A stretch of DNA of 64,000 nucleotides from Anthoceros angustus (taxonomy: Eukaryota; Plantae; Anthocerotophyta), in contig MU008196.1 of assembly GCA_010909165.1 (NCBI GenBank), positions 62,001 through 126,000 on the forward strand. Direction: 5' to 3'. Made by a program: the position numbers and the translations under genes. The notes below the pieces were generated by a model. That model was given only the letters and a program-made list of their open reading frames with translations. It was not told the DNA's origin and did not search any database. The number at the start of each line of letters is the position of its first letter. Position 1 is the stretch's first letter. Positions 49,101-62,575 of this stretch are shown piece after piece.

Positions 49101-52065
49101 TCTTCACAACCGGTGTGCTTTCCATACATGGTGGGCCACCAAGATCCGCCTCCAAGATTTTCTTGGTGGTGACTCACCGATAATGGCCACCACCCAGCCT
49201 TCATGCATCCCTTTATGACTACCTCCGCTCCGTTGAAGGTACTCTACGCCCACGTCCGTCCCACCTTAAAGATACATCCGTTGTACATCCCAAGGGCCGA
49301 GCGAGTACAAAGGCCTGTTCTGGGCACGGTTAACCCACTTGGAATCTCCATCTCCATGTACTGCCCAGCCTTGACAGGTGGGCTGCCCTCACGCCCGCCT
49401 CCTTCTCCTTCATGGTTACGCTGTCCACAAGTTTGGGGTTCTCGATCAAGGCCTCCTCCTCTGTCTCCACGGCCACCAATTCCTCGTCCGGAAAGTCATC
49501 CTCCGATCCCGTAGGTCGGCCCCTCTTCAACTCGACAAGAAGTCATTTTGGTGTTGCCTCCTTGCCCGGTCTCCACCTCAAGGTGAACTCGGAGCAGCAG
49601 TAATCCACCTCGCACCGCCCGACAGTTCCGCTTTATTCACCGATGTTTGAGCGAAGTGATCGACATAGAACACAAACTCATGTATAGTGCTCGAATTTCT
49701 GACCGCACAGATACCATTCCCAACGCCCGCCTCCGTAGTAGTGTACTGCTCCGCATGTGAGCGCCTTCCAAGATAGTAGATTGATGATCCTCCGCTTGTC
49801 GCCCTTTTGGCCGAGCACTACTCCGATGCGAAGGCACACATCTATACACATGGAACCGCTTACTCCCCCGACCCTTTAATACCGGAGCGCTTATCGTGGT
49901 GTAGATCTCGAATGCCGCTCCTTCTCGTGTCCAGTCCACTCCTCCTCCTTCCCGAGTAACTCCGCTAGGCGCCCGCTTATGGCTAAGTCCCGGATGAACC
50001 GTAATAACCCACCATGCCTGTGAATCCCGCAGCTTCCTTCAGATTCGGCCGAGGACCGAATGACCTCATCTCTTGGTCCACTTATCCTCGCCGACACAGG
50101 TGTCCCAAAGCAGGATTCCCTCCGTCATTCCAGTAGCACATCTGTTCTTACAACGCCCAAGCACTTCCGCAGTGCCCAACGTGCTTGTCTTCTCCATGTA
50201 CGCAAAAGTCGCCCAGAATACCCCATGAAGTCCTCGTAAAATCCTTCAAGACGCTGGTCACCATCCGCATGAATGATCCGGTGCTCCCGTTATCCCAAAG
50301 GCGCTTGTTAGGAACGCCCCACTCCGCGTGAACGTTGTCTTATCCCAAATCCAATTTTAGTGGTTGTAGCCGGAGTATCCATCCAAGAAGGAATAAGTAC
50401 TCCGTCCTGCCACCTTGTCCAGTATGTCGTCCACGAAGGGCATGGGGAAGTGGTCCTTCTCGATAGCGGCGTTGAGTTTCCTCCAATCCTGGCAGACACG
50501 GATCTGCCCTTGCTGTTTCTTGGGCACGACGACAATGGGTGCTACCCATTCGCTGTTTACGATTGGAAAGATGATGTCCGCCTCCAAATATTTGTCCAGG
50601 ACCTCCTTGACCTTGAGCGAGTGTTTGGGATTCAGCTTACCGTCAATCCAACAGCACCGCCTCTAGCTTCGTGTCTATCCGGTGTTCTCCCCACTGTTTC
50701 AGAATGCCTTTCATATCCGTGACCTTGAAAGCAAACACCTCACCAATTCCCCAACAACCGTGTGTGAGGTCTCGCTCAACTCCGCTTGATACCTTTATGG
50801 AATTTTAGGAATTTGCTCACTGGACCTCCACGTCTTCCACATGTCACGCTGATTGACCTGTCTCCTGTCCTCCCTGGCCACAAGAGCCCAAAGCCAGCCG
50901 TCCTCCATCCGGTTCATCCTCACGCATCCCCACTCTCGGAAGCGTAAAGGTAAAGGTCACTTCTTGAGGTCCTCCACCTCTCGTTGTGGGTCTCCTCCTT
51001 GCCCTCGTCCTCACAGGCGCGCCTCACTGGAAACAATTGACCACCTCCGCTCCAAAGTGTCCCTCAGTAGTCCATCTCTTCTTGGACCACAGATTTTTGG
51101 AAAGGGTAGCGTCATCCGTATCCTCGCGTTCATCGTCCCCTTTGTCTTGGCGGTGTACCCCTCGTGGTGCTTGGTTTCCCATGATGTATGTCCTTACTCC
51201 GGTGATCGCTACTCTTCCTTCCCTTACCTTGGATCCCAGTCAAGGTTTGAAGTGGTATCTCCTTCCTTGAAGTGTAGTTTTGTCTGGCGAGTCCCAACGT
51301 GGACGCCCAACCTCGTACTGCATTTTGCAGGTCCGCGCTTGATGACCATGAAGTCCAATGCGGGGTGCCCCCGCTATGGTTGCTTGACTGGACAACTCCT
51401 GGCCATGCCACAAGCTGCGACATGTCCACCATCACGAGGGTTTTGGTGGATGGCTCAAATCTCGGAACCTCAACCTTGCCTTGTTGTGGCCTCCGTGATG
51501 AGGTTGACGACCACGTGTGTCAGTGTGCTTGATCACGCACGATTTCTGAACCACGGCGCTCGGGTCGTGTGAGATACCACTCTTACCTCCACGTTTTTGG
51601 TCTTCCGACCCGGGGTGCTTCGGTGCGGTTGAGTCTCCTTGATGGCCCTCCGGACAACCTGCCGATACTTCGGGTTGTCTCGTAACAACTGTCTGAGCGA
51701 CACCAGGTGCTGTTGGTCCATTATCAAGTCTGCCACCTTAAAGGGCACGGGCGGCCCCTCCGTTGGGTCGCGTGTCCGTCGTGATTCTTCTAGCGCTCTG
51801 CCACCGCCCCGTGGTGGCCGGACCACCTCCGGGTCCTGTCGGATCTCCTCCTGAAGCATCTCCGTCACTTCTCGAACCACATCCGGTGGAAACTGGGGTG
51901 TTGCCTTGGGTGGGTCCGTTCCCTCTGCTATCGCTTCAGGAAGTTTCTTCTCGAGTGATTCCTCGGGCAGAGCTGCCCGATCCAACTCGCCTTCCTTGGA
52001 TGGCTCCCCCACCTTCGCGAGGGGTCCGTCCTCCGTATCCGTGGTGCTCTCTCCATTCTTCTTCT
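40200..52065 (-). mobile_element. Athila-like (non-chromovirus) Ty3/Gypsy element, 5'-truncated
   Basis: RT IIFPIVNSEWVAPIVVVPKK...CQDWRKLN...DHFPMPFVD...FLDGYSGYN (50357-50587); frameshifted RH and INT (TTKKILEA...VKRCDAC) ~47200-50100; putative PPT at 41723-41740 and 3' LTR starting at 41722 on the minus strand. Left end approximate. Confidence 0.85.
40228..41552. repeat. ~190-bp inverted repeat pair (40228-40426 and 41371-41552)
   Basis: CGTGTCGTTGTAGTAAGGAGGTCCG...GGCCAAACGTTTAAGGACCC versus its reverse complement GGGTCCTTAAACGTTTGGCC...CGGACCTCCTTACTACAACGACACG. Confidence 0.9.
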
Positions 52066-52916
52066 CAGGGGGCAGAGGACGAGACGACAGCCTCAGAGGC
52101 GGACGGAAATGGCGATGAGGAGGACAATTGCGAGGAGGAGGCTGAGGCTGATGAAATGGAAGAAAGGGCTAAAAGAGATGATGTCCCCACGACTGCAACT
52201 CTAGAAGAGATAGGAGAACCGACTACAGCGCTGGCCGTAAGCCACTGGATGACGTCATAGCTGTCTTGTGCAGGTTGCACGGTCGGGGAGGAGTGTTTAT
52301 GGCTATCAGCCGGCTGTGCGATGGAAACTAGCACTACTACAATGCGGCGGTTAAAATAACGTTGAATATAACGTGCGACTCACGCTGCAAGATGCTTTAT
52401 AACGCGGGGGCCATTTTCCACCACGTTAATCTTGTGTTGTTTTTAACTCGTTGTTTCACAAAGGGAATAATGTTTGATCATAGCCGGTTATCCCCTAACT
52501 CGAGGTTCCTCATCCCGCTGCCAGTTTTCCCGGGTCATTCCGCCCCAACCATCCAATCAACCGGTAGCGATACGGACGGGCACGGTGCCCGCACTGCCCG
52601 CGAACATGGGCCTGGCCATTGACCCGACGGGTGCTTGCGCTCACGGACGAATATCTCAGGTCGTCTCACCGGACAAAACTACCCATTTTAGGTCCGTAAT
52701 TGCAGACGGCTATTTTCGGGCTTCACAGGCATTAGTCACGCCTCTTCGAATTTGAATATCGACATCGCCCTAGACAATGCCGCCTCATCCCGGCTGCTGG
52801 TAACGGACATTGCAGGCCCGTACCGTAATCTTATGCCACCTAGCACGGGCCAGGCCGTGGAGCGGGATGACCAATGGACCAATCTTCCGTGCTAGTCAAT
52901 AGGTAAAACGATAATC

Positions 52917-52991
<75 letters not shown>
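52917..52991. repeat. (ATT)n microsatellite
   Basis: ~25 trinucleotide units with one interruption. Confidence 0.97.
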
Positions 52992-53730
52992 ATAAATAAA
53001 ACCATATTTAACTAAACTGTTTTCGACCGACACCGGCATCAAGAACTTGAATGCTGCGTAATTTGGGGAACCTCACAGGATGCGGATTTGGGGAACGTAA
53101 ACCTCATTCCTTGCGATATCCAAAACGGCTTGGACGGCTGCCATCCAAATTTCATGCCTTTGGGGAGACCTGCAGAGATCTTGACACCGCCTCAAACAAA
53201 ACCACGCTCCCCCGCCTCTTTCGCTACACCATTTCCCACTTGCTTGGCCGCCTTCACAGAAAAGCAGCATATGCCGATGCTGGGATTGGCGGATTGCAGT
53301 GCTTCGAATGTTTCTGCTTATCCAGGGACCCGACCCCCCGGCTTTTCGCAGCATTTACCAACCGGCATTTGCTTGGTTGCTTCAAAGCCTGTTTGGGGAC
53401 AAAAATGATCAATCGGGTATAACAAGTCCTGTCTGTGGTCAGCGACTTTAGGAAAATGATCACAATCCCATTACCTCAGGACCCGACGTCTTCCCGACCC
53501 CCTCAGATGCACCTGCCTCAACATCGCCACTCCCAACTACGGCCTTACCCTGCGCAACACGAAACACTACGGCATGTTATTGTTCAAAGAAATGTAACTG
53601 TCGCCACCGCATCAAGTAGGTGTCTTACATTTTCCTCCGGTGCGCGTCACCCTCTGATCGATTGTCAGCCATGAGGGAGGGTGAGTCCCGTGTCATTGGG
53701 ACAATCAACGACGCAAGATCGTCGGCCTCC

Positions 53731-54675
53731 TCAAGAAAGACACTGGATGTCTGACCAGTCCCAGACCCTGTGCTGACGGTCCTTGGTAATGCATTGTGTT
53801 CCTCTTCGGCTGAACCAGTGGAAGAAAATCAGCGGCACCTTCTCAGCCCAAACACAAAGCAAAAGTTCCGAACAATGCATGGAGTCCGGCTTCGTTCCTA
53901 AGGCACAAAGACACTCCCCATTACCCCTCTGTGCGGCCCAGAAGTCCTCGATGTCCTCCACCGAATGACCCTTGAGCCACCGTCGCTCCTTTGCAGTGGG
54001 AACGCGTCCCCATTTTTCATGGAAAGCCACGTTCAACTCATTTGCCCCTGCACGCCCATACGGATTACAGCCAGCGCCATTATGCTTTGCCATGCGTGCC
54101 TCAGTTGCCGCTTGTTGTTGAACACGAGGCCATACTCCACCACCCTTCTCCAGCTGCTGCACACCATACTCAAGCAAAGTTTGCCAGGTGACCTCCAAAA
54201 CACCGCCTGGCCGAAGGAAAGGGTCCGACCTGCCCCTCCTCCGCTGCTGGTCTGCCGCAATCTTCAATCTCCCTCGAACAAAACAATTTCTAGTGCGCCA
54301 GGAACTGGACAGCTTGTTCTGGATGAAGTCGACATTCGTAACTGTCGGGTAAGACCTTTGCAGCGTCGTGATGAGCTCCATGCGAAGCTCCATAGGGTGA
54401 CTCGTCCAAGGAACCAGCAGTGTGCACCTCGCCTGCACCAACTCCGTCACCCTCCTCTTGAAGGACTTCTTGCTCTCCGCTCCCAACTTCCCGAACATAG
54501 CATCTTCGTCTTTTGAAACCTCCCACTCCTTCGGGTCACAACACAGCCTGCTGATCTCCATCAACACCTTCTCGCGCCCATGCTCCTTCATGATTGTTTT
54601 CAATGCATCGGTCAGCGGAACCTTGGCCAGAACATTGCACAGAATTTTCACAGCGTGTGAGGAACTTTCCGGCAA
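53731..54675 (-). CDS. CACTA TnpA/Ptta-En/Spm-like protein exon
   Basis: 314-aa open frame with W...RPGGV..VTWQTLLEY...AATEARM...YGRAG...FHEKWGRVPT, resembling Transposase_24; likely spliced at a GTGAGT near 53915. Confidence 0.65.
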   Translation of the reverse strand: MPESSSHAVKILCNVLAKVPLTDALKTIMKEHGREKVLMEISRLCCDPKEWEVSKDEDAMFGKLGAESKKSFKRRVTELVQARCTLLVPWTSHPMELRMELITTLQRSYPTVTNVDFIQNKLSSSWRTRNCFVRGRLKIAADQQRRRGRSDPFLRPGGVLEVTWQTLLEYGVQQLEKGGGVWPRVQQQAATEARMAKHNGAGCNPYGRAGANELNVAFHEKWGRVPTAKERRWLKGHSVEDIEDFWAAQRGNGECLCALGTKPDSMHCSELLLCVWAEKVPLIFFHWFSRRGTQCITKDRQHRVWDWSDIQCLS

Positions 54676-55044
54676 TGAGCCCCCTGCTGCAAGGAACTCT
54701 TCTACCCACTCCGGTGGAAAGACATCGTCTTCCGCCGCCGCGCCTTGGACTCACACCTCGGTGCCTCCCTCTCATCCCCCCCGCCTTCCACCGGTTGCTC
54801 GTCGTCATCCTCCCATGTAAGCAGACCTCCTACCCACTCTTGCCAATTGTGCTCCCTGTTCATGGTGTATTCGTCTGCGAGCAGCTCTAAGGTTGCCCTG
54901 TCTAAGAAGAAAAACAGGGAAGATGGCCAGTTGAGAAGCGGGTGCTATGCTCGACAAGTTGGGCGTGAAGCCGTACCTTCCGCGGGGCGTCAGGCCGCGT
55001 GTCATCTTTATTCTTTGTATGGGAAGCAGGCACCTAAGACTCTA

Positions 55045-55645
55045 TGTTGGATCTTGACTAGAGCATCACAGGCATAAGCCACTGAATCTTTGAAATGACT
55101 AGATCTTGTTGGAGCATCTCGGGCATAAGCCACGATCTTTGAAGTGTGATGATGTCATGTACATGGCCCATGGATGGCCTCGCATGACATGTATGCCATG
55201 TATGCATGTGTGCCATGTATGCATACGTATGGAGATGAAGGATGACATGTGGCGGTGATGTGTCATGGCGCATGCAATCTATATGCATGGTTATGCATGT
55301 AAGGTAGCGGTGCTATGGCGCATATATAGATAGCAGATTTATATTAGAAAATACATAAAAATCATAAATCAAGGAAAAGGCGAATAGGCTGTTAAACACA
55401 TAAAATATTATTATTTGAAGGCCAAGGAAAGTAGGATTATAAAGTGCCCACCATCGATATGGGTGGACACTTCATCGAGAACTCGGGGTTTTGCCTATAT
55501 ATGTAGGCACCCACCATGGATTCTGGATTGTTGATGTTTGTCTTGTTCTAATAGAGCATACCCGCCCTGCGTGTCTTTGTCTCCTAGAGGTTCTTGTGGT
55601 TCGTTGCATTACGAGTTGGGAGAATTTTCCATCTTGATTTCACCA
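55045..55645 (+). repeat. Putative 5' LTR of Gypsy B
   Basis: TGTTGG...TTCACCA, RY-rich U3 as in element A, TATATAT at 55496, followed by a self-priming PBS. Left end approximate; partner LTR is outside the window. Confidence 0.7.
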
Positions 55646-55657
55646 CATCAACAATCC
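55645..55657 (+). promoter_or_regulatory. Self-priming PBS of Gypsy B (ACATCAACAATCC)
   Basis: Exact reverse complement of GGATTGTTGATGT at 55525-55537, 29 nt after the TATA box. Confidence 0.78.
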
Positions 55658-58269
55658 TCTTGTTGGGGACTAAGATACAGTCTTGGAGGAGACGTGGCCG
55701 GAGATTGGAGGAAGAGGCGGAAGTCGTCCACCATCCAACCCGGAGGCATGCGATCCGAGAAGGTTGAGTGTTGCAGAAGGCAACAGAGATAGGCTGATGT
55801 TTTTCGATGGGCGAATTACGCCATTGATTATACCACTTAGGTGGTAGTCTCACGATTCGAGTTAGCGAAATTGCGGAGAAGAGCACGCATACTCTGGAGC
55901 CGTTTGTGGATAGGCGGTGGATGTACTTTTCGGCTGGCTGGTTGGGCTAACGGTGGAAACAATTTGCCCTTTGACAACATCCGTGCGGGTCGCATAGGAG
56001 AAGTAACCATTGATGGTGTTCACGAGATCGGGGTGGGTGACGAAAGGACACTTGCGCCGTCTTCATCGGAGAAGTGCACGGCGTCTACTACTCGCCATTC
56101 AAGAGGACACGAACAATACGAGACAACGCGCCCGGTCACAAGGAGTTCGGCGATTGGGCGGAGAGTGCAAGAATGGAGCTTGAGTTCACACCAAGTAAGA
56201 ACGATGTCTTCACGGAAAACATGGAAGCATGTCTCTTGCAGATTTCGAGGAGAAGTTTCGTTGGGCAATGGCGGAAAACAAGATGAAATACAAGGACGAG
56301 TTCACTCAGAGGATGGCGTTCATGAAGATGTCATCCTACCTTGCGGGTGAGGCTCTAATGTATTACAGAGATGAGAAGGCTGGGATCCTGAAGGTGGCCG
56401 AGAGAAGAGAAGCAGTGCATGAGGCAGCCAAGAGGGCTGGTTCGATTGCACCCCCTACTGACGAGGACAAGCTCGAGCATCTGGTGGACTTGATGTTCGC
56501 CAAGTTAACCACCATGTTTCCTACAGCTTCGCTGGAAAAGATCCAGGAACTGTCGAGGTTTTCTTTCAGGCCTAATGAGACATTGCGTGCATCTTACCTC
56601 AGATTGAAGGTTCTGGTGGAAGACACGGATGTCAAGACGATGAGGGAGGCTGCCGAGATCTTCATGGCGCATTGCCGAGACAAAGAAGGAAGGTGATGGA
56701 CTCGCATGGAGCGATGGGAGAGAGATATCGGTTGATGACGCCTCAAATTGCCGAGAAGGTGCTCAAAGGAGATGCGAAGCAGCTTACTTGGAGGATCACG
56801 AGTCGTGAAGGGCCCTTCGCACGGGTCCGGAGGACACGGAATTCGAGTTTGTTCCAAGGTACCCGATCGGGCAGCCGATCCTCGGGACATGGCAAGCCAC
56901 ATGTGCCGAAGGAGGCCACTAACAATGCAGTCAAGCGGTTGAAGTGTGGCGATGCCGGAGCGCACAAGGCGTTGAATCGACTACAAGCGGGTGGCCCAAG
57001 GGCAAGAACTGTAAGTCTTGTGGCGGATGGGGTCACATGGAGGCGTGTTGGGAAGCTCATCCAGGCTGAAGCCCAAGCTTGCATCACCGAGAAGGAGAAG
57101 GGCAAGGGCCCAAGTCGTAAGGCTCTCCTCGGGCAAGTGGAGGAGCTCAAGAAGGAGATGGCCAACATGGCGTGAGAGCAGATTTTGTTCTCGACTCATG
57201 AAGATGAGGCGTTTGGCATGATGGCGGTGCGCAAGAAAAGAAAGGAGTTGACTTTGGTGAAGGCGTCCTGCGAAGGAGTGCGGGAATCGACCAAGATGCC
57301 GGAGAGTTTCCGCGGTCGAGGAAAACTCCACACGAAGGTGTCAAGATCGGTCGAGACGTTGAGGCGTTCGGACAAGGCCATGGAGGTGCTCGCAGAAGTC
57401 TTGTGGATCCGGGAGTGAAGGGCAACAACTTCAAAAACATCATGCGAGAATGGTGAGAAAGGAGCTTGAATCCGCAGGATCTCTTCCTAGTATGGCCGGT
57501 TGTGTGGCGAGCATCCGATGCCGGAGCGAGGTGAAGGAGGTGTTGCCATGATTGATAACACGGACGGCACGTGACCTTTGATGGCTATGCTCCGATGCGC
57601 GTGCTTGTAGACAGAGCGGATCCGTCTGGGAGCACAGTGCGGAGGCACTAAAGTCAGATGGACACAAGCTCGTTCGAGCGGCGTGAACATCACCACCTCT
57701 GCAGTACCAAGGCAGTCGGGAATGACGAGGAGGCCCGTGAAGATTGAATTGAAGCGCACGAAGGATGCCAAGATCGTTGAAGTGAGATGTTTGGTCACCA
57801 GTGCAAAGACATATGATGTCTTGCTGGGGTCGGACGGAACTCACCGTCCTGCCATGGGAGTTGATCCCTTGCACGCTGAAGCTTTCTACAGACCATTCTG
57901 GTGGAGAGGAGATTTCACGCATGTTGCACGAATTCCTCTAAGGATGAATAGGAGTGGTGGCAAGAGCAGGACGAGGATGACAGGCAACGCCATGATTGCC
58001 CACAGTGCTCAGAGTGAGCATCGACATGAGATGTGGGAGGAAACGCAGGAGTTATCCTCTGATGCCGGCCAAGAGAGCAGAAGGGTGTGCTTAAGGTTGT
58101 GCGCTCAGAATATTTGGATCAAGCGAGGGTTCGAGAAAACCAGCGAAGGAAGGAGGATCGACCGTGGAATCTCACAGACACATGTCCTGAGAGGTCGATC
58201 CCAGGTATGAGGCCTGCCAAGTCGGGAGATCGACGCATCGACGATGCTCTAGTACGATGGAAGGTGGGC

Positions 58270-59100
58270 GCTGAAGGCATCCATCTGTTGGAGCTCGCCG
58301 AATCGTGATGGCACAGGCGGTGTTGCAGTGTGGCGTCAAGATACGGCAATATACCTGCGTGGAAAAGGATGAGAAGATTCGGGCCGCTAGGGTCGAATCT
58401 CGTGTTCGCAAGCGATCCAACACGCGAGAAGCGTTCGAGGCTGAGCAGCTGCCGAACCTGGTTGGGAAGCGGCTAGAAGCCTTGTCAAGCCGGTGGATAT
58501 CTTGATCGCGGGATGGGAATGCAAGACATTTTCGGCAGTGCAGGCAAAGGTGAAGGCGTTTTGTTGGCGGAGCTCGCACGAATCACGCGAGAAGTCCAGT
58601 TGCGAATCCACGATGTTGGTACATTCGAGAATGTGTGCGACCATGGACAAACGTCCGTTAGGGCCCTATGAAGAGATTCGGGCGTGGTTCGGCAATGAGT
58701 TGATCATGGACGCGTGCGGTGTGGCTCATATGCACACAGCTTATTCGGACAAATGTGGGCTGGTGGAGGTGCTCGACGACAGAATTTGACAACTCCCGGA
58801 AGGTTGTGGATGACATCCTAGAGTTGGGAAGGTGCTCACAGTGAGAGGATGGACAAGTTGCCATTTTACCACTGAATCGAGTAGGGGAAGCCAAGGGCAT
58901 GGCCAACTCGTGAGCACACCGCAATCTTATGCCTTCGAGCCGGAGGAGATGGTGTGATTCGATTTGAAGGGAATGAGCTTGGAGCTCAATGTTGAGGAAC
59001 GCGAGCAAGCGATGGGCTTTGCCAAGAAGGACACTCGGACCATGGGCATCACAGAATCAAGATGCGGGATGCTTGAGCATTTGACAGACACGAGGTGGTG
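58270..59100 (+). pseudogene. C5 DNA methyltransferase domain in Gypsy B (heavily frameshifted)
   Basis: GIHLLEL, RQYTCVEKD, VDILIAGWECKTFS (Cys 58520-58522), WYI-ENVC, GSYAH, EEREQAMGF. Confidence 0.85.
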
Positions 59101-59399
59101 TGCACAGCTTGGCGTTCCAACTTGCGGGAAGGAAGCGAAAGCCTTCCTCCAACTACGCAGGATAAAGAGGTTCCTAAGGCAGAGGAAGGCATGCTGCGGA
59201 GAGATTCAAGATGGCGTGGATCGGTCTACCAAGAGTGTGACGAAGAGGTTCATGTATGGCACATTGCGTAAGATGTGAGCCCGGAAGATAAGCGAAAATC
59301 ATCAACATGCTTGAGAAAAACAAGGGTGCTTTTGCATTCGGTTGGAAGGAGTAGGTATGAGAAGATCAAGTTCAAAGTAGTGACGACTCATGAAGAGCC

Positions 59400-62300
59400 C
59401 GTCTTGAGGAGGCACCGCCTCGATTCAGAATGGGAGATTGTTGACAAACGTCAAGAGTTGTTCAAGCGGGGTTGATAAGAAAATCAAGCTCTCAATATGT
59501 CTGCGCCTACCTCAAGAAGGATGAGAACGGTGAATGGAAGGACAGGAGGATGTGTGGCGACTACCGACCTCTAAACGAGGTGACTCCTATGGAGCGGTAC
59601 CCCATGCCTACTCCAGGCGAGATTTTCGATGCCATAGGTAAGGCAAAGTTCTTTACCGCTTGGACTTCCGCTTCAACCAAATTGTGATTGAAGAGCAGAC
59701 AAGTGCAAGACAGCCTGGGGAAGGACCAGCTTTGGGAGTGGGAGACAATGCCGTTTTGAAAATGCTTCTATATATTTCCAAAGAATTGCGGATCTAGAGT
59801 GCAGGGGGCGCCATTTGTGCGTTGCTACATAGATGATATCCGGTCTTGATGAGACAATCAAGAACATATGGAGCATCTAGAGATATTGCTACTGAGGTCA
59901 AGCTCAGTTTGAAAGCTCATCCTAAGAAATGCAAGTTTGCTTTCCAGCAGATCGAGTATCCGGGGCATGAGATAGTACCAGAGGCATCATGCCTCGGTGG
60001 CTAAGGTGCAGCCGTGATGCAAATGCCTAGACCAAAGGATGTAGCCGCTCTTAGAGCCTTCCGGTTTGGTGAACTATTACAGAGGTTTATGAAGGACCTC
60101 GGCCCACGTGTAAACCTCTGTATGAGCTGAAGAAAGACATTGTGGAAATGGGACCAAGACCAGGAGTTGGCTTGGCAAGATCTTCGGGACCAGTTGGCAG
60201 AGAAGCCTATGCTGGCCAGGCCGAATTTTGATCACCCTTTCACTCTGTACACAGACTGGAGCACTGCGGGAATTGGAGCGGTGTTGTCACAACATGGTGC
60301 AGATGGTGTTGAGCGAGTGATAGCTTATGCAAGCCGATCTAACAACTCCGCTGAAGTGAACTACTCCTCATATGAGGGAGAGTGTCTTGCTGCGGTATGG
60401 GCAGTTCTGCATTTCAGGGTCTATCTGTATGGAAGGCGTTTTCAACTGGTCACAGATCACCAGCCACTTCATTGGCTGATGACCAACATGAAGTTGAGTG
60501 GTAAGCTAGCGGTGGGTCTCGAGTACGATATGGAGATCGTGCACACGGCAAGGTACATCACAATGCGGATGGGCTAAGCGAAAATCACTGAAAGTGACAA
60601 GGATGTCACAGAGCTCGGCAGATGAGGGGCACGTAGATGGTGCACCCGGCAGCTTCATGGCACTCATGGCCGGGATAGATGATCATGAAGAAGGACATGT
60701 CGGTCCTGGGATGTTTGGAGACATCCTCAAGCCATCTGATTCTTGAAGGAAGGCACGTTCGGAATGACCAAGCGGGCTTGGCTAAACTCAAGGCGCGTGG
60801 CGGATACTCATGGGAAGATGGTGAGTCACATCGGAGGAGAACTCGTGAGGAAAGTACCAAGTCCCGAGGAAAGAGTGGGCATAGTGACCAAGGTGCACGA
60901 AACCCTTGGCCACTTTGGTGTGAAGAGGACACACCACATGTTGAAGAGTACGTACAGTCGGGGATGTATGCGGATGTCGAGAAGGTGGTGGCTAAGTGTG
61001 CGCATGTGATGCGTCAAAGCTAGATTTAACACCGTGATGTGGTGTTGCACTCCCTACCAATCGTGGGGCTATTCTTTAGATGGTCGGTTGACCTTATGCG
61101 AGCTTCCTCTCACAAAGCAAGGTAACCGACATTGCATGGTCATGATTGAGCATTTCTCTAAGTGGGTTGAAGTGGCGTTCTTACCACAGAACTCGCATTA
61201 CACCAGTGAGCTTTTGCAGTGTGCTCACCGATTTGGGAGGCTGGCGGTGCTCACGAGACGTGTAACGAGTTTCGAGGTGAATTCTGCTGGACGAGTCTCA
61301 TTGATCACGGGGAGGACATCGAGGATCATCCACAGCCGATGGCGTAAAACTAGTGCAGACCTTCAAGGATGCACTAAGGAAATCTTGCATCGTGGAGCCC
61401 AAGTGTTGGGATGAATTGCTCCCTTACATCGTGTTGGGGTACAGTCGGGGATGTATGCGGATGTCGAGAAGGTGGTGGCTAAGTGTGCTGCATGTGATGC
61501 AGTCAAAGCTAGATTTAACACCGTGATGTGGTGTTGCACTCCCTACCAATCGTGGGGCTATTCTTTAGATGGTCGGTTGACCTTATGCGAGCTTCCTCTC
61601 ACAAAGCAAGGTAACCGACATTGCATGGTCATGATTGAGCATTTCTCTAAGTGGGTTGAAGTAGCGTTCTTACCAGAGAACTCGCATTACACCAAGAGCT
61701 TTTGCAGTGTGCTCACCGATTTGGGAGCGGAGGTGCTCACGAGACGTGTAACGAGTTTCGAGGTGAATTCCAGACCTTGCTGGACAGGAGTCTCATTGAT
61801 CACAGGAGGACATCGAGGGATCATCCACAGGCCGATGGCTGGCAGAAAGGCTAGTGCAGACCTTCAAGGATGCACTAAGGAAATACTGCATTACTGTGGA
61901 GCCCAAGTGTTGGGATGAATTGCTCCCTTACATCGTGTTGGGGTACAGGGTCAGTGTGCAAGCAGCTCTTGGAAGTTTCAGTCCATACTTTTTGTTATTC
62001 GGACGCAACGCAGTGTTGCCGAATGTGGTGAAGGACACTTACTCCATCCCTGTTGACTGGAGCAAAGATGCAAATGTGTGCTTGGCACAGGTTCAAGCCA
62101 GAGCAGAAGTATTTCAAAGAATTCTTCCCATGGCTATGGACAATTTGGCTGTGGCCCAGCATCGGGACCAGCTGAGGTATGCTTATACGCGGGGGGGCTC
62201 GTGGAAGCCCAAAGCTCGCAAGTTTGCATCTGGAGATTACGTGTACTTGCAGCACAGGCCTGCAAGCACGTTAGATGTCAGCACAGGGAGGCTTATCCTG

Positions 62301-62575
62301 AGAGTTGTCCAGGTTGGTGAGCAAGGTGTGGTTGAACTTGAAGGAAGAGATGGCAGAAGGTGCAAGGAACACATGAAGCATTTGGCTCCATGCCATTTGC
62401 CCGATCGGATACCGAACGTGCCTCGACACCGGACGCCACCAGCAGTTGCCTGAGGAGTGTGGACACACTGGACGAAGAATTCATGTTGCTATGTGACAAG
62501 CGTGGTTACCATCTGCTTTGCCTCAAACCGGCCGACTGTTCCGGAAGGAGAATGGCTATGTGAGCAGCATGTGTG
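59400..62575 (+). pseudogene. Gypsy B RT-RH-INT-PHD (frameshifted)
   Basis: RMCGDYRPLN, YIDD, LYTDWS, VIAYASR, HETLGHFG, IEHFSKW, FMLLCD-GYHLLCLKP. Confidence 0.92.

Larger units (their letters stand above)
52332..55044 (-). mobile_element. CACTA (En/Spm) DNA transposon end, interrupted by Gypsy B
   Basis: Terminus CACTACTACAA at 52332, followed by short ATAACG-type subterminal repeats and a TnpA-like ORF. Confidence 0.7.

Noticed and set aside
40200-52300. Numerous overlapping 60-240-aa plus-strand ORFs
   Set aside because: Shadow frames of GC-rich minus-strand retroelement sequence, with no motifs.
52917-52991. Telomere-like repeat
   Set aside because: A simple (ATT)n microsatellite, not TTTAGGG.
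55442-55472. Imperfect hairpin upstream of the Gypsy B TATA box
   Set aside because: Single occurrence with no equivalent in the element A LTR; insufficient support.
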